This document shows, piece by piece, positions 40,901 to 53,137 of a DNA stretch of 64,000 bases. Every line of letters begins with the position of its first letter. The first letter of the stretch is position 1. Origin of the DNA: Laetmonice hystrix (taxonomy: Eukaryota); NCBI GenBank assembly GCA_965235115.1, contig OZ249438.1, positions 30,008,001-30,072,000 on the forward strand, given 5' to 3'. The notes under the pieces were generated by a model. It was not told the origin of the DNA. It saw only the letters and a list, made by a program, of their open reading frames with translations, and made no database searches. The translations under genes and the position numbers were made by a program.

Positions 40901-43900
40901 ATCTTTTAGCTGAACTGCATCCCTTTACCGAAATAAATAAATCTCGTAGTTACATAATAGCTGTCTTCAGAATGCACGCGTATGTCTGCTTGGATGGCTT
41001 TTTGTGATGTAGAGTAAAACTAATTGATTGCACCAAGCAGTCGGATATCTCCTCTACATCTGCTGATCAGAAAACTTAAAACCGATTCACGGTGCGTTCT
41101 ATAACGTCTCACGGCAAGTCCCAGATGACCTATATTTGATTTTTATCTGGCTTCGGTTGTAGCTCCTATCAGATTCCCAGTCTCCTTACCCTTTCTCCGT
41201 TTTATCCATTTTCTCTCTGAAGTGAAGGCGACATTTGTCAAAATCACACCATGATATTGGCGCCAAAATTATTAATCTCTCAACTCTATCTCAGTTGTTT
41301 CACGTTTGGGCTTTTGAGGGTAGCTCTGTTCAGTTATAAATCATGTGCTGCGGATGTAAATTAAGCGTTAGCTTGCTAAAAGCATCGACCAGTAGACTAC
41401 TCAAGCACGAGGTGAAGATAATAAGAGACCTTCCAACTATGCCGACAATACTGAACCACACAGTCAGCGCCTGTGTAACACCACGCACAAAGCCTAAAGT
41501 AAGATTTTTTGGTAGATTCCTACACTGGACCGGGTCTACCTTAAATAAATATTGGCCTACATAATCTTCACTTAAAGGGAAATGCACAAAACAAAAGAAA
41601 GGGAAGTTTGAGCAGTTGATAATGTAGAACTAAAACACTTGGTGATAGCCATTTTTATCAATTTCTAATCATCTTTCTAAAGTATGATTACAGCATGTTC
41701 CCAACATGACTCAGTACCAAGGAACCTTTCTACAGAAAATCTAAAAATGGAGCCTGAAGTATATATATAACTTCAGCAAAGACTATCAGAGGCAACGCAA
41801 ACGTCAGCGACTGTGCATGCAGTGTAGCATTGCACGGTTCTCACCAATCAAGACAGGAAAATTCCGCACTTCTCCACCAGGATGCGCCGAAGCTGCAGTT
41901 TACCCGCTGACATTTACCACCTGAATGTGATACCAACGGCATCCGTTATTGGTCTTTCAGGTCCAGCATAAAATATCAGTCTCAGCATGTCAGTCCAGTC
42001 GTTAATACTTTCAAATCTGAAAGGTCAACACTTTGTCAGAGATTCAGTTTATTTGTTCGATATTGGACGTATTTGCGTTGGTACTGACAATCTTTTTTTA
42101 TTAGAATATAGATTTCGACATTGACCTTTCAGCAAGTTATACTTTATTGATTATAATTACCGCATCTAAAAGCATGACTTTGGCTTTTCTTTGAACTGCA
42201 GACCTCTTGATGAATTGCAATTTCATGCAAGGAAAACCTCATCTGCCGGTGAACTCCTCCCTTTCAGCATTTCAATCTGTTGCAATCAAAACACCAGGAA
42301 TCACGAAAAGAAAGCATAATGTCATGTGTGTCTATTGTTGGGAGTTCTCTGAATGCACTAAACGACCGCTAAAACGTGAAGACCCGCGATTCTCAGAAGA
42401 ATCACACATCCTGGTTCCGATGCCACTACAAAAACGGAAACACAGGAACAAGAATTAAAAGCACTAAATGTCATTGCTGTCTGTTCGCTGTGCGCTTTCC
42501 AACACGGAGTAAATAGTTGAAAACGTGTCCACTTGGCTTCTTTAGCAAATACATTTACATCAGCGTGCTTTCTTCCTAAGGATTTTACCCGTTATAATCA
42601 CAAAGCGCGGTCCAGGATTATCGCATTGATTCCAGCAATAATCAGACTAGCTTTATGGTGGTTCAGATAAACATGGAAACAGTCATTCCCAGGGGTCACT
42701 GGAACAAGAACGGTGGATTATCAACCAAGTCAACATGAAGTTTTTGAATTTAGAAACGGTTAAAAGAAACCAAATGCATCCATGGGTCTATGTACATTTC
42801 AAGAGGTTCTCTCCTTAAGAGATTACCAGGTAGAGGTTCTACCTCAGATGTAGTAAAACCATAACTCACAAACATTACTGAATATCCGCCTGGCGATTGT
42901 CATCTACAGGAAAACAACTTTCCATCTGTGAAAATGACATTAGGCATCATGTAGACCAGTTAAATTAGTACAACGGATGAGGGCGAGAACGACGTCACTT
43001 CATGTTGTATCCGTGTAATATTGTATTCTGTTTACGAACTCTCTCTCTACACATCTTTGTATTCACCTTTCCCCTCTTTCAGCATCCGATTACCCCTTTC
43101 CAGCATCTGATATTACCCTTTCCTTACAACTTAACTGACTGAAGTGTACTGTTTGAGGTTACAGTCACTTTGGTTATCATGATGCAGCGAGATTAATATA
43201 AATACAGTGACAGTCGGCCTACACCCGTAGGGTAGTGCAAAAAAAACGCTGCCTGGTTGGTGAAGTTTTCAAGTGGAGAGTGAAACTGCATGAACACAGT
43301 CAGGTTAGTGCACTTCTCTCTCACTCTCTAACATTTGTCACAGTTAAACGATGATACACCTTACTAAACAACAAACACTAATGACCAAAATTCTGGCCCA
43401 AGGAGTCATTTTTATCGGAAAGGTGCGGTTGAAAATTATGCCACAATATGTGTTAATCTAATTTACATATTTATCGATGCAATCTCTGAGTAAAACATCA
43501 AGCAGAGTATTCATATGTTTATTCGCATAGTTCATAAAATGTAGAAGAAAGCACACACATATAAACAATAACGGAGTTTGTACAGAATTAAGGCCTATTT
43601 TGCCGACCGAAGGTAAGACTGGGATGGCGGCCGAGTAACATTTTCATGCCGTCGTGTCGTGAAGGCCTGCCTCAAGGAAACGCTCACACAAGTCACCCAA
43701 CACTCCACCTGTGATCTTTGGCCAATTACAGCGGGCCTCTCCAAGCTGAATGTCTCATTAAATAAATTACTCTTCAATGCAACTTTTACAAATAAAAATA
43801 TTTTAAAACAACAAAGACAATACAAAAGGATGTTTTTCCTTATTTCCCCCTTCAGATCTTACACATCCATTTACTGGGCATAGCCATGTATCAATTTACC

Positions 43901-44918
43901 GTACCGTCTGCTACTCCTCTCCGTTTGTTTTGAGTGTAAAACTTGGAGGAAAAGTCATTTAAATTTACGCCGATACTCACACAAAATTTCATTCTGATTT
44001 AGTTGTATGGCGATGATAAATTATTGATATCACACATGCATTCTGTATGGTGTATACATTGAAGATAACCGATATATAGAAAGTTCGAATCGTCCTCTTA
44101 AATTAAAGACAAGGAATTAACTTCAGTAGGCAGCATATTCTGCGGGCGTTTGGCAACCTTAAAATGTCTGCGGTATAGCATTACACCATGCAGATTTTAA
44201 GCAAACCTGCTAGCAATGAAAAGAGCCCGTGGCTACCCCCTTTTTCAATATAATTAGCTTCGTCATCGCCATAGTCATCATTGTAAACATTACGCTATCA
44301 TTATCCAACAGTGCCACAAGGCTCATGGGAACAGGAGACCAGTTGTGTGGAGTTGAATTTGGTTGGGCCCTGTGCCACTGTCGTCTATCTCTACCTGGAT
44401 AACCACTAAACTAAGCGCCACTGTATTTCAGCCGAACATCCAACACTATTCATATTGAGTCCCATCATAATATTATACAGACCTCACCTTAAAGTGTATC
44501 ACTATGATTAAAGGACGCCTAACTAATTTGTTATTGATTACATAATGCTACGTACTATACCTATGAAAGTTGACAGTTTTTCCCCTCGCTATTTAAAAAA
44601 AACGCATTTAATCTCTGGAGAACATTATTTCAAACACTGTTTTGAATTCATCAGTTTTAACGGATTTTTATTAAAGAGTTGCTGAAAAAGGCCATTTCTA
44701 ACCAAAGTGAATTGTGTATCGTGGACACAGGACCTTGCGGTTTTCACGACCAGCCCATTAAGCCGTCCGTGAGGAAGCCATCCAGATGGCGGGGGGGGGG
44801 GCGGGCACTGGTCGACCTTACGTAGGCCTAAACCCGCCATGGGTACAGTTGGCAAGGGTCCACATATTCGATGACCTTTGTCATGCTCTGACCGCTCAGC
44901 CCGTTAAAGTCTCACTCT

Positions 44919-44990
44919 AAACTTGTCGAAATTGTCAACAACGACCAAGAGCCAACTAATCTGGTCCTTTGGTCCGTCCGTCTGAGAGTG
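44919..44990 (-). pseudogene. Possible Gypsy-type LTR retrotransposon integrase remnant
   Basis: The minus strand reads HSQTDGPKDQISWLLVVVDNFDKF, close to the rve core start HxDxxGP...YLLVVVDYFSKF. A stop follows four codons after the motif. Confidence 0.4.
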
Positions 44991-46345
44991 TGTTAGTCCG
45001 CCATTCTGTCCCTCCAAGCTATCTAAAGGGTCACTGGCCGAGAATGGCGTAAGGACTCGAGGGGCGCGTACATACGCTGCCAACTGGTGCAGACGTACGC
45101 CCAGATTAAATGGCAAAATAGCCGGCTGTGTTGGCCCCCTTCCACCAATAACCTCAGCCAGCCAGGGTCTTCCTCGCTGGTTTGAAGACCTTAGGGGGCA
45201 AGCTCGGGTCATCTGGCTGAACCCTCTCAAGGCTTAAAACTCTGCCTCGCTCGTTCAATCAAGTGAACGACACCAACATGCATTTCACTTCAATGTGAAG
45301 TCCTTTGTGGTTGACATGTACGCTGGCACTGCCCAGTCTCTAAAAGGAATGAGTGCGGATTGTTACAAAACACTAGAGTGAACGCTGATAAGAGGGTGTG
45401 CGCCGCGCTCATGGCTGCCGATGCGCACCTGTAAGGAAATCGAAGTCGAGTCATGGCGAGCGACCGTGCGCCAGTGGTGGTTGGTGAGCTTCAACAATGT
45501 CAATCTATTGTGCAAGCTCACATGTTCAGCCCATGTCAAAACAACACATTATCGATCATTGAGGGTTTTAAAAGCAAGCCGGATAATGTGAATTGGGGTG
45601 CAATTAGCGAGTGGCAGCGACAGCTGGCAATTAAGCTTGTGTATGTTAACCATAGAAGCAGGTTTACATTAACTATCTCCAACTATTAGATTTATCTTCA
45701 TCTCCCAGCAGGTAAACAGGGAAAAACCTTCTGTTTAAAAAAGCTGTAGTAAAAGCCTGTGGGACAGGAGAATCTAGGTCACAAGCGGGTCAGGTTTTAA
45801 ATGATTTGTGTGCGCAGGCCCAATAAAACTTTTCTACTTAATAAAAGTAGCTGGAGTTGCCCCTCTTTCTCTTTTCATTCCCAATTGTGGCAGTTAATGT
45901 ATGAAGAGTCTTAAGAATCGTCACGTGGCTAAATATTCATATAAGCTTGCTAATTAAACCATATCCAGACCCTTGCATAAATCATGGCCGGGCCCGGTTC
46001 TGGGATCCCGGAATGATGACATCCGCCTCCCCCGCAAAGAATCTCTGAAAGTGAAAGGAAGCTACATATGAGTTCGTTTCTAAAATCCCAAGAAGAAGAT
46101 AGATCGAGACAATAACAGAACCTAGAAAACAGAAGAATAACGAATTGTGCAAAACTAATTGATAGCACCAGACCTTAGGAGAATGGTTAATGACTCAAAA
46201 CCTTGATGGGATTTACATTTTGGGATATTTTGGGAGTTAAGTCACTCTCTGGCTGACTTAGACCCCCAGGGTTTCCTGCAGGCCCCTTCATTTTTTCAAA
46301 ATGCTCAAGCCCTCCCTCCCCCCTCCCCCAATCAAAGTCCTTCAA

Positions 46346-46378
46346 CCCCCCCCCCCCCACCCCACCCCCACCCCCACC

Positions 46379-46412
<34 letters not shown>
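46346..46412. repeat. C13/C-rich tract followed by a (CT)n microsatellite
   Basis: C13 at 46346-46358 and a CT dinucleotide run at 46382-46412. Confidence 0.95.
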
Positions 46413-46415
<3 letters not shown>

Positions 46416-46802
46416 CAGGAAATCCTGACCCCAGCTCCGTAACCCAAAGTTATGGCGGGCTTGTTAACTTATCAAATATACGAAACAACAGGACTCGGGC
46501 AGCAGAAAGGATGTCTTGTAAACGAGCCTGCCATTATAGCATTTACTGACGACAGGTCGTTGGTGTAATTAAGTCTATCTGGCACCGTGAAACCCACATG
46601 TATACCGGTACACCAGGGATGAGGCACCAAACAACAAAAAGGGGCACGCACTAGTTAGAATCACATGAGGGTGATAACTTTGGCAAGGGTTCCAACTCAA
46701 CTCTTCTTTCTTTCAACTGCGAACTTGGCTCCTTGTTCACTGCCATGCCGGATGGTTGCAATATGTAAATAGTGATGCAATCACTTTCCATATCCTGTAC
46801 TC

Positions 46803-47060
46803 CCCGGATACATATATGGTGTACTTGGACAAGGCTTGTGCTGCTGAGTACGCTTCTTTGAACTGTCTGGTTCACTGGCCAGAGGGGCACTTCGCTCACA
46901 GGTGAACATTACTATAAGTAAAGAGTTGTCTGACATCATCGGGTGTTCAGCAGGATAATGAAAAGGGGATGGGCCAAGGATGGCCCTGGGCCAAACGGGC
47001 CAAACACTGAGAGGAGTAGCCCAACTCTAAGCAAACTCCACCACAATATTGGGCCATGTC
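46803..47060 (-). pseudogene. Possible Gypsy-type RNase H remnant
   Basis: One minus frame containing stops carries DMAQYCGGVCL (cf. DASxYGxGAVL), PIPFS (cf. PIAFAS) and KEAYSAAQALSKYTIYVSG (cf. KEALAIVFAVKKFHQYLYG) in the correct order. The spacers are longer than canonical. Confidence 0.25.
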
Positions 47061-48397
47061 CAGGAGCGTTACATCAGCACCGACCTTATGTTGTAGGTGG
47101 AAAGGCGGCGCCATTCCGGACCAAGGTGCTGCCATTTAACAGACTGGGCAGCCAGAGCAAAAGTTTAACAGTTGAAAGGTCCATTATGAAGTGCTAGATA
47201 AGTTATAGGAGTCACGGATATAACTCCTTGGTAGAGAATTAATAGCTTATTTTGGGTTGTAGCTATGCGGTTTTCTATTATAAATTGTATGCGATTCTTA
47301 ATATATGTAAAATGTACACAGCCTTGCAAACATTACATTGCTTGGCTCTAATTGCTTGCCGTATTTTCCCAAATGACAACCTTTTTGAACAGGTTGGCAG
47401 AAAACTGTCGGTAACAAAGGCATTGTGGTTAACATCTTTATGTCTATTACACTCTGGCTGTGTAACGGCTTGGGCAAGTGACATGTCTAAAAGATTTTTT
47501 ATGACCACGAAGTGTTTTAAGGTTTTACCAGAATGTACGGATTGTAATGAACGGAGCAGCTTATTTGGTAATAAAAAGAATATAAACCCTTTTGGGATAA
47601 TGATCCAAATATTCTCATAATAGTATTATAGTTTAGCTTGTTGGAGGAGCATTATCTCTGACTCTGCAGGGAAGCTCTTTTTCCGATATGTACAGCTCTG
47701 ACCATGGATTCGAAAACGTAAAGGTAAGATTATTAATACCTTAAAATAAAAGGGGAGGATCATACAAAACACTTTGTGCAGAGTTCATGTTTAAGAATAC
47801 CCAGGTACAGGTATTGATAACCGATGCTTTACTTCCTGTGGAAACAACAAAACTGCCGATTCCCATAATATAAATTTTCTGAGAGTCAATGAAGAATACA
47901 GCACTATTCACTGAATCCACGCCCTTGAATTTCCCGATATCTGTCCATATACATACTCTTTCTTTCATAATTACGAGTGATACAAATACCATAAAGTAAA
48001 TACCTTATCAGCTTGAATAAAAGCCATTAATGATAACATTAAAAGACACAACATGAATAAAATTTTTACTACATGCGCTTTGGTCTTAATCCTGTTGAGT
48101 GGGTGCATGCTGCATACGGAACTTTTCCCCTCCATTTTTCAAAGCTGGCACTTTACAAGTAATCACGCGAAACGTATAGTGTGTCTCTCTTCGGCTTGGC
48201 TGAAAACGTCACAGACACATGCAAACTGGGAACCATGTGCATGCCGCCAACCATTCAGCCACGGCTCACCTGATTATAAGCCCTGATCCTTGGCCCTGGT
48301 CGGGGGCATCGATGGATTAAGACTGGAAAAAAAACATTTATGTTAGCTTGTCGTCAAACATGGAGCGAGTTTACGTCCCTCTTCTTTAATGGCATAC

Positions 48398-48484
48398 ACC
48401 TTAATCCCCCACTTACCTGTCCTATTCCCTAGCGCATAAAATTTCAAATTTCGGAAATAGGACAGGTAAGTGGGAGATTAAGGT
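48398..48484. repeat. 87-bp foldback (32-bp inverted repeat, 23-nt spacer), miniature-transposon-like
   Basis: 48398-48429 versus the reverse complement of 48453-48484 is 30/32 identical. No clear TSD. Confidence 0.85.
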
Positions 48485-49550
48485 AGTGAAATAAAGAAAA
48501 AGACGGAAGTAAGTAAGCTAGGTATCCTGCGCACAACACATGTATCTGCACATGTTTCCATAACACCCCCGACCCGCATCAGTCACAATCCCGATTACAT
48601 ATATACATGTATTATAATGCTTCAACATTTCGACCTAACCTACGTGCCTTCGAAATATCTAAATACGTGCACTATTTATTTTCCTCTAACCAGGTTTGCA
48701 TGGCCTTTCAAAATCAGGGTCTGCCAATGCGAGGTTATCGCTAGTTTTCATGACTGCCTGGGGACATGAGTAATGTCGAGTGTACCTTATCATTCAACCT
48801 GGACGCATGGCAAGGGGATGGGCATGCTCGCCGCCTACTCACACTGCAATACTGCAATCTGATTCCCAAACGCACGGATCAAGACTTTCATTCGAGAGGT
48901 GCAATGTGAATATACAGAAAGATTTCCTGAGAAGGAGTCGTTACGGGTTTAATAATTAATTCCCTTGTTTAAATGCCATGGGACGTTCATGCAACATTGG
49001 CAAAAGGAGAAACAGACGCTGAACAACAGAAAACTGAGAGAAAGCTCGCTACAACAAAGATCACAAAATCTGGCATGACTGAAGACTGAAGAATGACTCA
49101 AAGTACAAACTCATTCAACAAAAGCTCGGCAGTGAATGAAGCATTAATACCCGTACGCAGGATAATCTGGTCACTTTCCCTTACAACTAACTTTTTTGGT
49201 GGGATAACTATACTTGTCTTGTTTTCTGATGTAATCATTTTAAATTGATGCTACGTAAATCTGCGTTCTATTCACTCCTTTTGCAAATGAACCATTATTC
49301 CTAATGCTTGTCATGGCATAGAGTGCATACGGAACAGTAAACCATTCATGATTGTGGCACTCTATGGAAAGTACGACGCCCTGTCAAGGAATTCTTTCTG
49401 TGTTTTTTTTTGTTTTGAGAAGCCAGATTACGATCTCATTGAAGTACGCCGTAAAAACAATTCCATATAAAAAATACATGAAGCCTGTAATTCTGGAGGG
49501 TTAATCTTCGCAAAATGAGAACACTGTCCCACCTGCCACTGCTCTGCTTA

Positions 49551-50041
49551 AGCTGCGTTCACACTTGTTACGCCTTCGTTCCGACTTCCCTATACCGAAA
49601 TACCGAATACGATTTCGCTATTTCGGTTGGGGTCACACTGCAGTTGAAACCGACATCGATCCGACATCGATCCGGAATGATCGGCGTCACACTCAATCCG
49701 CAATAGACACCACGCCACCTATACTTTAGATAAAGAACTGCAATCGGGGTGAAGGTCATTCAATTCCAAGATGGATGCGCCCATGGATACGAATATAAAC
49801 AATCGCGGCTTGATGAGTCATCACGTTTTACAGCCTGTTGCGGAATAAGTGCGTCACACTCAGATTGTATTGCGGCGTAGCTGTATCGCTACTGTTGTGG
49901 CGCATCGAAGTCGACACAAGTAACTGGTTTCGCTAGAGCGGTACAAAATGGTTTTGTGCCGATTCAAGTGTGACGTACCGAAGTGGAATAACGCCTTATT
50001 TCGATTTCGATTCGGTATAAACCCCCAGTGTGAACGCAGCT
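49551..50041. mobile_element. PIF/Harbinger (Tourist-like) MITE, 491 bp
   Basis: Perfect 15-bp TIR AGCTGCGTTCACACT / AGTGTGAACGCAGCT, with a TTA TSD at 49548-49550 and 50042-50044. Internal GTCACACT motifs lie at 49632, 49686 and 49853, with an inverted copy at 49967. No coding capacity. Confidence 0.9.
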
Positions 50042-52867
50042 TTACTCTTGGCGGATGAAGGCCACTCTTCAATAGAACTCTCTCCATGGGTAACAACGGA
50101 CAATACAGGCAGTAAGTTCGATATTCATCAGTGCCCGGGAGTAGCCTGGCATTATTGGTCGGAGCTTAAGGATTGGCTTGCTGATACATGACCTCCTACA
50201 GTTCACTTGTTGATTCTCACCTGAGTATATAATACGGCCTAGCTAATCCTTGAACTCGCCTCCTGTCACATCGAACATTGACTTACACGTACGCAGAACT
50301 TAGGTTCAGCTTAGGTTCAGCTTTCTCATGCGAGCCCATTTGATGAGTCAATGCCAGGTCGACGATTTTGTCAACAACCAGCGACAAGACAATCGCTTCA
50401 TAGCGCCAATTGGAATCTTGAATTTCTTAATATTTCTACATTTCTGTGGGTATACATCTATTGATTTATCTAGTCTAAGGTCTAATCTAACCTAACAGCC
50501 CATGTCTGCATTTTGGAGTCATTGAAATGAGATATATTCGGTGATTGCTTTAAGACATTCACCTCCTCTTCCAAGTACCCATACTTAACCATATTCTGGT
50601 TTCTGGGAATAGGTGGTATACACATGTAAGTTCTATTACTTGCCAACAAGAGGGCCTTGCAAACAAGCAACTCAACTCTCCACTGTGGGCGCAACTCCGA
50701 GACATGCATTGTAATCTTTCTGTGTCTCCAGCCTGCTACCTCAAGGCGGAAGCCAATTAATACCGTACCAATTCAGGCTCCTTTACAGGTCAGGGAATGT
50801 AATCTAATCACACAACTTATAAGGTCCAGCAGGAATGCTGTGCGAAACTCTCCGGGGGGTGGGGGGTGGGGGGTTACGGTGGACCTAAGATCTGAGACAA
50901 AGGTCCGAGGCCACATAATGCCGGCCACTATTGTCCACTCAGCCAGAAACCGACTAAGGTGTTGTTAGCATCCAAAGGTATTGTTCGACCATCTGGACTC
51001 AGTTTGGTAAATGGATTCCCAGTAAAATGGAATGGAAATCTATGGAAGTTTTGTCCGTAATTAATGCTTCACCATGTTTGTCACCTTGAGCACACTATGC
51101 AGGTCAAAATAATGCCAGCACCTGTAATGTGATCACACTATGTATTTTTAGTAACAGTCTTTCCTCCCGCTATAAGAATGGAACAATTGACAACAGAAGC
51201 GAGCGACGGGGAAACAGATCCTGTCGGAGAGGAAGGGGAAAAAGACGAAACGGTTGGCACGACCTCAATTCTAACATGTTTAGAAAATATCAATTTAAAT
51301 TATCTATTTATTTATTTATTTTTGGCCGTGGCTCCCGAGCGGTACCGAGATAGATATTCCTCGTATCTCTGGATCATCGTATATGAAGCGGTAAAGGGTT
51401 TCCTTATCTCCATTTCTTGCTTTATCGCCACCATTTCCCATGGAGCTATGGATATAATAGTTGCCATCACAGCGGTCCGCGTTTCAAAGAACGTATTTTT
51501 CCTTGATGATGGTGGTAGCAAAGCTACACTGACTGTATCACTCATAGATAATTCGTATTAGACCTACCAGTATACATGGTGGGCTACCAATAATTCAGAG
51601 GTTAATCAACGTTTCCTCATAAATTATATAAGCTTATAGCCTCACACTAAGTTCCTTTTGTCAACAACCACGCTGGGAATCATTTCCCGAAAGTTATCAC
51701 CTTTGTTATACTTATCTAATGCGGCTGCCTTCTTTTCACGCCCATGTGTTCCATGACATTCCAAGTTTGCAACTACAAGTTACTCTCTATCAGTTTAGAA
51801 GAATTGTGCGACGCAGCAAGGGGAATTTTTAGGCAGATGATCCCAATGTTATAATTATTTTGAGTTATAAAACTGATTAACGCCAATGTGGCTCTGATTT
51901 AATACTGCTGCAACATGTGGCACAGTGTAAACCATCTGTATTATCCATTATCCGAATTTTATTCTTGTATTCCATCTTGACCTAAGAAACTTGTATTACT
52001 TGGACGTCAACAGGATGTAATCAATTATTACTGCTAAGAGATTATCCAAGCAGCTGGGATTTTCCAGTCTTCTAAATGTATCATACAAAGCTATTCATGT
52101 CGACTGCCCGACGATTACACTTTGGCTCCCACGGAGCACACAATTGGTCGGCTATACTCACGAGCTAGGCGCATACAGAAAATGTAACCTCAGAGTCAGA
52201 CGATGATCCTCCACTACTTTCGATAATTATGAAGCATATCGGAAGCGACAAATGTAAGAAAAACATTAAGTGTCAATGGTCGTTTATATTTCACAATTTG
52301 TATTTTCCAGCAATTGATGTAGGTGTCTGAACAAGCAGCAAAGGGAAAATCGATTCGGTGGACATGGGCTTCACTTTTCCACATTTGCTGACTTCCTAAC
52401 TAATGTAGTAGTTATCTGAAAACCAGCAAAAGATTAAGCCTCAAGAGCGACAAAAAGCTATATAGTAACGGTGCTTGGACCTGTCAACCCACGTAACAAT
52501 GCTTAGGCGCTGCTGAGTCATTCGAAGATTAAACATTCTACGGGGCAAATGTCGTATCGTAGGGCGACGAAGCTCGCCGCTCCAGCTACAACGAGGCCAT
52601 ATATAGGGGCAGCTTTAGCCACAGGTGTTTCCGGTCTTTCCGACACGGTTAGTATAAGAGAATTTGCCAAATGTGACAAAACAGATTGAAATGAACGTCT
52701 ACATTATGGTACTCTCCGCGAGACAGTGTGTTGTTCTTTTGGTTATTGGCTTTTTCATCAGATTAATACGTTTCTATCTGGGCAGGCGGTATTCAATTTC
52801 CTTTACATTACCCGACAAGTTAGTGGTTCATTTGGGATTCTGGTGGTACCTAGCAACAGCAGGTCAG

Positions 52868-53137
52868 GGGCCCGTCTTACTAAACATCGTTATTAACGAT
52901 TATAGTTAACTGCTGGTAAAGTAGGCCGTCGTCAAGGCGACAACCAGACAACGTTACAACGTTAACGGTACCCCCTCCCCAGTCGTTAAGTTAACTAGAC
53001 CACTCCCTATACGTTACGCTACTAACTAGACCTTAGTAAGACGGGTTTTAACCAGCTCTAGTTAATAACGATTTCTGGTTATTAACTAGCTATAAGTTAA
53101 CTAGATCGGGCTTAACGATGTTTAGTAAGACGGGCCC
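52868..53137. mobile_element. PIF/Harbinger MITE, 270 bp
   Basis: Perfect 25-bp TIR GGGCCCGTCTTACTAAACATCGTTA, with a CAG TSD at 52865-52867 and 53138-53140. The interior is rich in TAACTAG motifs. Confidence 0.9.

Noticed and set aside
45453-45489. Candidate first exon MASDRAPVVV-G followed by gtgagc
   Set aside because: The Kozak context and donor are good, but it is only 31 nt, with no homology and no linked downstream exon.
51178-51561. 127-aa ORF with an acidic N-terminus (MEQLTTEASDGETDPVGEEGEK...)
   Set aside because: The frame runs through an AT-rich simple tract and has equally open antisense frames. No family was recognised.
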